IMG/VR virus record: IMGVR_UViG_3300037067_014938
Coordinates: 81,435-117,045 of that record
DNA: 35,611 nt
From: a virus
Taxonomy: Duplodnaviria; Heunggongvirae; Uroviricota; Caudoviricetes
Strand: one strand, 5' to 3'
Shown here: positions 20,664 through 28,340 of the stretch, piece after piece
How positions within the stretch are numbered: position 1 is the stretch's first letter
Layout of the letters: each line of letters begins with the position of its first letter
Program-made: the position numbers and the translations under genes
Notes under the pieces: model-generated
Seen by the model: only the letters and a program-made list of their open reading frames with translations
Database searches by the model: none
Told to the model about the DNA's origin: nothing

Positions 20664-21406
20664 TATGTCGTCACGTCATCTTCGTTATAAATGTCTACAG
20701 TTTGTCCTGAACCGCCAGACTTCAATTTTTCTTCATCAATTAAATCTTTAATTGATTGTTCTAATTTATTAGTTATATCGTTATACACGTTTAATTGTGT
20801 CTTACTATCAATTGAAGTCATTGGTCCTTTAAATGCAACACCTAAACCATATCTCATTTGTTCACTGGCATAATATTTCCGAACAATAACTGCAAGTGAA
20901 CGGGCAATTAATTCCATTCCATCATTATCAGAAATATTTACAGTAAAAGTACTTATTGTTCCAGTAATATAAACAAATGTCTTAGAAAAATTATTATTTA
21001 AATAACTAATTGCATTAGGCAAAAAAGATACTAATTCTTCATTACTAAAAATATAGGGTATTTTTTCAGTATACTCATAACTGGCATACACCAGCTTAAA
21101 CTGTGCTGGTCTGATAGACTTATCAGCACTTTTTGGAAATGTACAAGATTGCAAGGTTGCATTATACAAAAATACCCTATCCGTAGTAGCCGACGTTTTT
21201 AAGGAAGCAGTCGAGGAATACGTATAGGGATCAACATACAGAGATACAGACCCAATAGCGGGATGTTTTATATAAAAAGTTTCACGTAATGTAGTTGGAT
21301 TGCTTAATCGTCCAATTTCTTCATTTCTTATTACTTTAATCCTTGTTATTGGGTCTGGTATGTATCCCCTTGAAATCAATAAAATATTATTTATTACTAC
21401 ACTCAT
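20663..21406 (-). CDS. Putative head-tail adaptor with an inserted beta domain
   Basis: Position. Helical C-terminal part (ELVSFLPNAISYLN...LIARSLAVI...SIDSK) resembling adaptor proteins. Confidence 0.55.
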   Translation of the reverse strand: MSVVINNILLISRGYIPDPITRIKVIRNEEIGRLSNPTTLRETFYIKHPAIGSVSLYVDPYTYSSTASLKTSATTDRVFLYNATLQSCTFPKSADKSIRPAQFKLVYASYEYTEKIPYIFSNEELVSFLPNAISYLNNNFSKTFVYITGTISTFTVNISDNDGMELIARSLAVIVRKYYASEQMRYGLGVAFKGPMTSIDSKTQLNVYNDITNKLEQSIKDLIDEEKLKSGGSGQTVDIYNEDDVTT

Positions 21407-21408
21407 TA

Positions 21409-22104
21409 TTACTCAAGATCTGATGAATTTAAATTTTTAAACTCAATTTCTGTTAGTGCATCAATTTTCTCATCAATTGATAAATTCTCTGAATCCCTCA
21501 CTTTAAAACTTTCACAAGCTACCTGTAAATCGTGAGGATGAAGCAATGATACTCTAAATTTAAGTAGAAGATAATTTTTTCTACTCCGTATTATTGAAAG
21601 TCTTGACTCATCTGTTATTCCAAGATCCCTTGCTTCGTCAATCAAATGGATTGCACCCCAAAAGGAAGTCAACCCATCAACGACTTTCTTCAAGTCTTTT
21701 ATTGATCCCTCAAGAATCTTTTTAGCTTCAGTTGGAGTAAAAGAATTTGGACCTGGTTTGTTGGCATCTGGTTTTGCAGCAACACCAGTCATACTTAATT
21801 CATCAATTACTAAATCATCTCGAACCAATAAACCAAGTACTGCGTGTTCTGTACTTCTTATACGAAGCCAGGTTGTGTAATCAATTACAGCCTTATCCCC
21901 ATATCCATCTAATACTAATCTGGTTAACCCACCTACTGGATGAGACAAACCAATTCCAAATCCACCACGGCCAAACCATCTCACACCAACTATTGGACTC
22001 TTTTGTTGATATAAGTCCAATTCTTGACGGATTTGTTCTAATTCTTTTGACTGTCTATCAAATAACTCTTTTGGAACCGTTGAACTAACTTGCTTCTGTT
22101 TCAT
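21409..22104 (-). CDS. Hypothetical protein following the major capsid gene, 231 aa
   Basis: Co-oriented ORF with RBS (GGAGATAGG) and N-terminal coiled coil. Function not recognised. Confidence 0.7.
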   Translation of the reverse strand: MKQKQVSSTVPKELFDRQSKELEQIRQELDLYQQKSPIVGVRWFGRGGFGIGLSHPVGGLTRLVLDGYGDKAVIDYTTWLRIRSTEHAVLGLLVRDDLVIDELSMTGVAAKPDANKPGPNSFTPTEAKKILEGSIKDLKKVVDGLTSFWGAIHLIDEARDLGITDESRLSIIRSRKNYLLLKFRVSLLHPHDLQVACESFKVRDSENLSIDEKIDALTEIEFKNLNSSDLE

Positions 22105-22132
22105 ATCCTATCTCCGTTCTTCTGCTATATTT

Positions 22133-22156
22133 GGGGGTTACATAAATGTAACCCCC
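22133..22156. promoter_or_regulatory. Perfect 10-bp hairpin downstream of the capsid gene, no U-tract
   Basis: GGGGGTTACA, 4-nt loop, TGTAACCCCC. Flanked by two copies of CTGCTATAT (22122-22130, 22170-22178). Confidence 0.55.
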
Positions 22157-22199
22157 GACAACTCTTCTACTGCTATATATAAACCCTAACAATTACAAA

Positions 22200-23180
22200 T
22201 TAAGTAATTGCTGCCACTCTGACAATACGATTGGTCTTAAAAATGCCAATACCGTCATCCCAACGCAAATAGATGTTCATAGATTCGTTGGACATAATCG
22301 TCTCGTTTGAACTACGAACAGCGTCAGCAATAACGGCCCGACCAGCCGGTAACAATGAAATTATCCACAGTTCAGTCGCTGGCATAGGATACACTGAACC
22401 ATAATCCGGGTCTGTAAATGAATTAACTTTTACAACCGGGATACCGGCATATTTACCAACCTGGCCCAACTTTTCAAATTCCTCTTTACCCGAATCTGAC
22501 CAACCCGACATGCTTGCTAATTTATGGATCGCATATCTACGACCTATAATCATCTTAATATCACCCTCGTCAGTCAGTTTGTTAATGGCCGTATTCATTG
22601 TACCAAATGCAAGGCTAGTACCTGCTTGATATTGGGCACCACCGGAACCATAAACTGTCATACCAGCCAATGTGGTAACAAACAGCAAGCGGTTACGCCA
22701 AGCCCTAATCAAATTCGCGGCATAATCAGCCAATTCGGAAGCGGAATACTTACCAGTACGAATTTGGGCTAAGTCAAGTCTTATACCAATTTCTTTCTGG
22801 CTTGTAGTAGCTGTATATTCCGTGAATTGGGGTCTGGACATACGAACGGCAGCACCATATGTGCTGTAGTACACGTTCAAGCCGTGGACTTCACGAAGTT
22901 TAAACGTATCACCCGGTTGAACAGTTTCCGTTGGAAGAATAGCCGAAATTAAATCCTCCTGACCAGCAACCATAACTGAAACATTTTTCATTATAGTTCT
23001 AGCGAAAGAATCTAATTTTTCTTTTACAATTGGATCATTCCAATTAAAGTTATTTCCAATAGCTTCAAAATCCGCTTTAATAGCCTTTTTTTCCTCGGAA
23101 TACAACGAAAATCTATCTCCAGATGCACGTTGTAATCCAGCGGGACTTATCATAGCAACGCTAGACATTTTATTTGACAT
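22200..23180 (-). CDS. Major capsid protein (HK97-like fold), 326 aa
   Basis: Strong RBS TAGGAGGT, position after scaffold and decoration genes, and capsid-like motifs (ILPTETVQPGD; QVGKYAGIPVVKV; YLRWDDGIGI). Confidence 0.85.
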   Translation of the reverse strand: MSNKMSSVAMISPAGLQRASGDRFSLYSEEKKAIKADFEAIGNNFNWNDPIVKEKLDSFARTIMKNVSVMVAGQEDLISAILPTETVQPGDTFKLREVHGLNVYYSTYGAAVRMSRPQFTEYTATTSQKEIGIRLDLAQIRTGKYSASELADYAANLIRAWRNRLLFVTTLAGMTVYGSGGAQYQAGTSLAFGTMNTAINKLTDEGDIKMIIGRRYAIHKLASMSGWSDSGKEEFEKLGQVGKYAGIPVVKVNSFTDPDYGSVYPMPATELWIISLLPAGRAVIADAVRSSNETIMSNESMNIYLRWDDGIGIFKTNRIVRVAAIT

Positions 23181-23210
23181 GAAAAATTACCTCCTAATTT
23201 ATATTAAAAA

Positions 23211-23720
23211 TTATAATACACGAACTCTTACATACTTACCATTGAACGTACCAAGACACTGCCCAAAAACAAGAGATGTATCGTTATACCCGCCTCTAGC
23301 TGCAGTCAGTTTGCCAGTTGAACCGATACAAACAAGTCCACCCTTGGTAAATTTTGGAAATGTCGAAAAAGCCTTTTCAGTCATTGAATAATGAACTTCG
23401 AATTCATTTCCAGACTTTAAGGCCATCCCAATACAATAGTCATTTTGATTGATAGTACAAGCCACGGATTCAGGATCAGGGTCTTCTATAAAGATTGGGA
23501 AAAATTCTCCAACTGCGGGAATAACCGTACCGGCAGTTTTATTTAACTGTAAAGTTGGAACGGCAGATGCTTTTCCGTACCACGGGGTAGCTGCAACAAC
23601 GTTCAAAGACGATGACCCAGCACTAATTCTACAAAAACGACCTTCACGAGTTGCTGAACCAATATACTTGAACGATCTTAAATCTGCATCAGCGTAGGAA
23701 ATAGGTCTAAATGTTAACAT
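23211..23720 (-). CDS. Putative head decoration/cement protein, 169 aa
   Basis: Small Gly/Ala-rich beta protein between scaffold and capsid genes. RBS TAGGAGG. Confidence 0.6.
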   Translation of the reverse strand: MLTFRPISYADADLRSFKYIGSATREGRFCRISAGSSSLNVVAATPWYGKASAVPTLQLNKTAGTVIPAVGEFFPIFIEDPDPESVACTINQNDYCIGMALKSGNEFEVHYSMTEKAFSTFPKFTKGGLVCIGSTGKLTAARGGYNDTSLVFGQCLGTFNGKYVRVRVL

Positions 23721-23738
23721 TATAATTATCCTCCTAAA

Positions 23739-24434
23739 TTACTTTATATGTTTTTCTCTAATTCTAGTAAGTTTGTCTTCTAACGTTCCTGTCAATTCTT
23801 CGTTAGCAGAACCTGGGGTTAAACCATTATTATTTGCGGAAGCGGTTGCAAGTGTCTCTTGTTTAACCATAGCAATCAAAGATAATTTCAAATCATTAAG
23901 TTTCTTTTCATCAAAAAGTTTTGCTTCTATCATTACTTTCACATCGGGTAAAAGTGTTTCTGGAATAGTCACACCGTCTTCCTTCAATGAAGCAAGAAAA
24001 GTGTCAATCTTAGCATTTACTTCTGTTTTAGTAATATTACTTTTAAGTTCTGTTAATGCTTTTTCTGTATCTTCTAATTTCTTTATTAACTCTGTTCTTG
24101 CTGTTTCTGCGGCAACCAGATTGTCCTGCAATTTTGTTAATTCAATCTTAGCAATAGACTGCTCTTCCTGTCTTGCGGCCTCAATTTGTGCTGACACGTC
24201 TTTTACGAGAGTAACTTCATTTTCATTATACACTCTATCAGTTAACGTAATTACTTCTAATCCACCAATAACGCGAGCTAACGCTGCCGAAAACTCAGTT
24301 GTAAAAGCGTCAATTTGTTCTTTTGTTGGTTTTTGTCCATTAGTCAAATCCACTAACTCTTTATTAGCAACTAAGAATGCTTGCACTAGAGTTAGAGTAT
24401 TTGTAATGGAAGTTTCAAATTTAAATAAACTCAT
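23739..24434 (-). CDS. Nested in-frame scaffolding protein (internal start at Met382), 231 aa
   Basis: AGGAGG (24447-24442) lies 7 nt upstream of in-frame ATG 24434, at the start of the coiled-coil region. Confidence 0.7.
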   Translation of the reverse strand: MSLFKFETSITNTLTLVQAFLVANKELVDLTNGQKPTKEQIDAFTTEFSAALARVIGGLEVITLTDRVYNENEVTLVKDVSAQIEAARQEEQSIAKIELTKLQDNLVAAETARTELIKKLEDTEKALTELKSNITKTEVNAKIDTFLASLKEDGVTIPETLLPDVKVMIEAKLFDEKKLNDLKLSLIAMVKQETLATASANNNGLTPGSANEELTGTLEDKLTRIREKHIK

Positions 24435-25577
24435 TACTTTTCCTCCTGTTATGTCACTTAAGTTATTATCGTTTATTGTGTTAATTTTTGTACTAATTTC
24501 TAAAGATTTTTCAGAAGCAAATACAATTTCTTTATCTTTTTCAATTACTATATCAGTCGGACAATGAATTGACGACTCAATTAAATCTCTAATTGTATTA
24601 TCTGGATTTGTTTGTAATGAAGAAACATAGGCTTTTGTGTCAGCTGGAAACTCAACTATTCCCCACCCCATAAAATTGATACCAATTAATTTATGCCGTG
24701 GAGTAATACCACTATCTATAAGTGCACGATGTTCAATAGCAACATGTTGATAATAATCAAACATACTATGGGTTTCACTATTAAACACTTTTCCACATTC
24801 CATACATTCTAGAGAATCAAATAAACACTCCATACTTACAGCTAATTTACCTTCGAAGTATCTCTGCCTTATTATCTCATCTCTTAAAAGATACGTATTG
24901 GATTGTGCGTCTACTAAGTCCGTCTGTTGCATATAGGGTGATAATCTATTCAATATTCCAGTAAATTCTAAGGCAAGAATTTCTTTATTTTCTTCTGGAG
25001 AAGAATCTGGGTCCGCTAAAGTTCTCAAAGTTGCCTCTAATGAGAAACCTATAACTTGATCTCTCATATGCTCCCAATCAATTAGTTGAAATCCAGCAGT
25101 TTGATAACTTTTAATTAGTTCCTCTTTTGAGAAGAATGTACCATTCTTGTTAGCCCCTTCATGAACACCAGCCACATACAAGTAGTACTTATCATTCATG
25201 CTGGCTGCTAAGAATGATTCTTTACTTAAAGGTATAATACCTTGTTCTCTTGGTACTTTAAGGTTTGGTTGTGTAGAGCATAATTGTGCCCCAGATGAAA
25301 AGAAAGCTTTCTTATTTGCCAACATGACTAATGAAGACTGTACTCTATTTTTAAGGGTCTCTTTAACCCAATTTCTCGCTTCTTCTATAGTCCACGTGTT
25401 TTTATCAAAAAGATAAGAATACACAGCGGCCTCCTTGGTATCTTTTAATATACCAATTACCTCTTTAACTCCTTCTTTATCTTTAATTAAACACTCTTTA
25501 AAAGAATCAATTTCAAATTTATCATCTGAATTTACAATGATTATAATATGCATATCTGTTACTTTTGGAGTTGCCAT
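23739..25577 (-). CDS. Prohead protease fused to coiled-coil scaffold, 612 aa
   Basis: Protease-like motifs (HEGANKNG..F; IDWEH...VIG; VSMEC; INFMGWGIVEFPAD) followed by a long coiled-coil C-terminus. Confidence 0.75.
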   Translation of the reverse strand: MATPKVTDMHIIIIVNSDDKFEIDSFKECLIKDKEGVKEVIGILKDTKEAAVYSYLFDKNTWTIEEARNWVKETLKNRVQSSLVMLANKKAFFSSGAQLCSTQPNLKVPREQGIIPLSKESFLAASMNDKYYLYVAGVHEGANKNGTFFSKEELIKSYQTAGFQLIDWEHMRDQVIGFSLEATLRTLADPDSSPEENKEILALEFTGILNRLSPYMQQTDLVDAQSNTYLLRDEIIRQRYFEGKLAVSMECLFDSLECMECGKVFNSETHSMFDYYQHVAIEHRALIDSGITPRHKLIGINFMGWGIVEFPADTKAYVSSLQTNPDNTIRDLIESSIHCPTDIVIEKDKEIVFASEKSLEISTKINTINDNNLSDITGGKVMSLFKFETSITNTLTLVQAFLVANKELVDLTNGQKPTKEQIDAFTTEFSAALARVIGGLEVITLTDRVYNENEVTLVKDVSAQIEAARQEEQSIAKIELTKLQDNLVAAETARTELIKKLEDTEKALTELKSNITKTEVNAKIDTFLASLKEDGVTIPETLLPDVKVMIEAKLFDEKKLNDLKLSLIAMVKQETLATASANNNGLTPGSANEELTGTLEDKLTRIREKHIK

Positions 25578-27034
25578 TACTTATCTCCTAATAATGATTC
25601 TTGTTTATTTTGTGTATCAAAAAACTTCATAGCAACATCTCCAAAAAGACTTTTCATATTCATCCATTTATTTTGCACCATTTGATAAGCCGGAGATGTT
25701 TTTGGTGTCATATTTAACGCTTGATAATAATTAAATTTAGCTCCTTCTATATTTATATCTTCTAATTCTATACTTGCAAAATAAATGTACACCTGATATG
25801 CCTTTGTGGCATGTTGGAACATAAATTTATTAACATGGTCTAATAACTCTTTATTTTTTCCTTGATTTTTTAAACAATCAATAAATCTTATAAATGTATC
25901 TTGATATTCAGGTTCAATTTTATAGGATTCCCAAAAATGTTTTTCTGCCTGTTCCCAATTTTGTTTAGCAGAATAGATAATCCCAAGTCTATATAAAACG
26001 ATAAAAGATGAATTCAAATTGTTCAATATAATATTAGAATTATCCTTTTTTTCGTCATATCTGGATACAACAAATAGATATCGTTTTAACCAAAATTCTG
26101 CTTTATCTAAATCATTTGTCATCAAATAAACTTCACTTAGATTCATGATTGAATCCAGGTGATCGGGTTTTATTTTTAATACAGCGTTAGCATGCTCTGC
26201 AGCTTTAATAGGTTGCCTGGAGTTTATATATGCCGTGCTTAATTGCTCATTTGCCATAATAAAAGCATTAATAAACCTGTCATCTCCAGTATGCATTTTA
26301 GAAACAATTAAATCAAGAACTTTTTGAGCCGCTGAAATAGTCCCTGCACTATCATTTTTAGCTCTTAATAATTGGGCCAAATTTAAATAAGCAAAATAAT
26401 CATTTGGGTCATTTGCAATTTGTTCACGCAAAAGCTCTTCCGTTCTTGCATGTTTTCTTTGCATTTCTTCTTCACCAAGAGAATATCCATAATGATATAA
26501 AGATATATTTGATCTCCGTGCATTTGACATTTCATTATTAGGATAGATCAACTGATTGTGCACTGACCCGATAAAAGTTGGATTTAATCTTTTTCCAGAA
26601 ATATCTCTAAAGGGGAATAATCTAGGATAAAATAAAGAAGCAACTAAAGAATCCTCTGAGACAGAATTATATATATTAACCATAACTTCTTCGTGAGGAT
26701 GATTTGAATTTAATACAAATTCTAATTCTTTATATGATTCTTTAGTAATTATTTCATCTAAGTCCACAAATAGAATCCAGTCGGTGTCTTCTGGAACAGC
26801 CTCCAAAGTAAAATTTCTGGCCTTAGAAAAATTCTTTTCCCATGGATGTTTCATTAAAACCAATTTATCTTCTGGAATAAACTTTCTAAACAACGCCTCA
26901 GAATTATCATCATATTTAGTTAAATTAATAATAACTTTATCTGGATTGGTCTCTAATATGCTTTTAGACCACTGTTCAACCCATTTTTCTTCATTACCTG
27001 AAATAGCAATAACTACGAATTTTTTCCGTGCCAT
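25577..27034 (-). CDS. Glycosyltransferase family 2 with TPR repeats, 485 aa
   Basis: GT-A motifs (NFSKARNFTL; ILFVDLDE with DxD; FIGSVHNQL; LYHYGY) followed by TPR helices (DPNDYFAYLNLAQ; PDHLDSIMNLSEVY). Confidence 0.9.
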   Translation of the reverse strand: MARKKFVVIAISGNEEKWVEQWSKSILETNPDKVIINLTKYDDNSEALFRKFIPEDKLVLMKHPWEKNFSKARNFTLEAVPEDTDWILFVDLDEIITKESYKELEFVLNSNHPHEEVMVNIYNSVSEDSLVASLFYPRLFPFRDISGKRLNPTFIGSVHNQLIYPNNEMSNARRSNISLYHYGYSLGEEEMQRKHARTEELLREQIANDPNDYFAYLNLAQLLRAKNDSAGTISAAQKVLDLIVSKMHTGDDRFINAFIMANEQLSTAYINSRQPIKAAEHANAVLKIKPDHLDSIMNLSEVYLMTNDLDKAEFWLKRYLFVVSRYDEKKDNSNIILNNLNSSFIVLYRLGIIYSAKQNWEQAEKHFWESYKIEPEYQDTFIRFIDCLKNQGKNKELLDHVNKFMFQHATKAYQVYIYFASIELEDINIEGAKFNYYQALNMTPKTSPAYQMVQNKWMNMKSLFGDVAMKFFDTQNKQESLLGDK

Positions 27035-27043
27035 AAAATCCTC

Positions 27044-27451
27044 TTAAGTTAAAATATCTGTCATATAAGGAACTTTTCTCACATAATTAAAAAAAGCATG
27101 TGAATTCCTTTTTCCACTACCATATGTCCAAACAAAAAGAGCAATATGCAATTCTTGTTCTGTATCCGTATCTAATTTTGTATTATCACTTGGTTGTACT
27201 TGCCAAGTCACAGTTCCACTTGTATTTATAACTACATCATTTGCGTTTTTAATATTTTGTTTATATCTACTATTTATTGTAGCCAGATGTTTTGCATCAG
27301 CAGTTAATAATTCTGGACTATAATAAAATTGAGTGCATCTTAATGTACCAAGTGACGATAGTGGAATCTTTGTACCTGTTTCTGTATCTATAAGTGTAAA
27401 AACTAATTTATAAGAATTAAGTTCATCGAAATACTGTGTAGAAGCTGACAT
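27044..27451 (-). CDS. Small beta-sandwich protein, BppU N-terminal-like (possible fibre connector)
   Basis: Pattern LVFTLID...IPLSS...GTVTWQVQPSD...ALFVWTY resembles BppU-type Ig domains. Confidence 0.45.
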   Translation of the reverse strand: MSASTQYFDELNSYKLVFTLIDTETGTKIPLSSLGTLRCTQFYYSPELLTADAKHLATINSRYKQNIKNANDVVINTSGTVTWQVQPSDNTKLDTDTEQELHIALFVWTYGSGKRNSHAFFNYVRKVPYMTDILT

Positions 27452-27463
27452 AATAAATTCCTA

Positions 27464-27691
27464 TTAAGATAACAATTTTAGAGATAATTCACTTTGTATA
27501 ACTTTTGTAGATTCATTACTTGTACAGTATACTTTTAAATTATCTGTATCCACCTGTCCTCTATATAGGGTAATTTCAGATAATCCTATTTGTTCAGTGA
27601 TAACTGCAAAAGCTATTGGAGAAGTTGGTTGAAATCTTGGATCAAGTTCTCCCGGTTTTGCATTAAATCTATCGTCAAATCCAAAAGGCAT
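27464..27691 (-). CDS. Hypothetical protein, 75 aa
   Basis: Co-oriented ORF coupled to the upstream stop (TAATG overlap at 27691). Confidence 0.6.
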   Translation of the reverse strand: MPFGFDDRFNAKPGELDPRFQPTSPIAFAVITEQIGLSEITLYRGQVDTDNLKVYCTSNESTKVIQSELSLKLLS

Positions 27692-28287
27692 TATGGCACC
27701 CTATGAAACACTAAAGTACTATCTAACACCGTGGATGTATTACTGTGCTTATAAATAATGGACATTAAGCACACACCAAGTGAATCAATTATTTGGATGC
27801 TATCCTTTGGACTAGCCCCGGTATTCGGCCAGTATACCATCTTTGTTTTATTTGTTGCTCCCCAAAAAGTAGCCATACTCCATATTAGACCATTTTGTCG
27901 TTCTAATTTAGTATTTAATGTATCAACAAGTTTATTCCAGTAAGCAGTCGTAAAATAAGAAGAATCCATAAGAATTCTTTGAAAGTCAATAGTTTCAATA
28001 GAATCAACTCCAAAAAAGGCTGTATATTTAATAAATACATATTTATCAGTCTTTACTGCACTAGCAATAATTACAATAGAGTCCCAACTTGCATTTGTTG
28101 GTATAATCTTAAAAGAAGAATCCGTTCCAGATGGTTCAAATTGCATTTTAACTATAACAGAATCAGCAGTAGACAAACTACCATTATTTGCTGTAGTAAA
28201 AGAACAAGGGATATCAGATCCTATAGATATTGACCCAAACAAAATTATTATAGTTAATATAAAAGAAACAAAATTTTTTATTTTCAT
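27691..28287 (-). CDS. Secreted hypothetical protein with Sec-type signal peptide, 198 aa
   Basis: N-terminus MKIKNFVSFILTIIILFGSISIG (basic n-region, hydrophobic h-region). Nine of its 12 Asp residues are followed by Ser/Thr. Confidence 0.75.
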   Translation of the reverse strand: MKIKNFVSFILTIIILFGSISIGSDIPCSFTTANNGSLSTADSVIVKMQFEPSGTDSSFKIIPTNASWDSIVIIASAVKTDKYVFIKYTAFFGVDSIETIDFQRILMDSSYFTTAYWNKLVDTLNTKLERQNGLIWSMATFWGATNKTKMVYWPNTGASPKDSIQIIDSLGVCLMSIIYKHSNTSTVLDSTLVFHRVP

Positions 28288-28340
28288 AACATTTATCCAA
28301 TTATATACTTATCATGTATTATTCCATATTTTTGTACTGA

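Noticed and set aside
18819-23738. TATAAA-like words before the tube, capsid and decoration genes as a T4-type late promoter
   Set aside because: The matches are inexact and expected by chance in AT-rich spacers.
23773-24567. 264-aa plus-strand ORF
   Set aside because: Antisense shadow of the scaffold coiled coil, with no RBS or recognisable motif.
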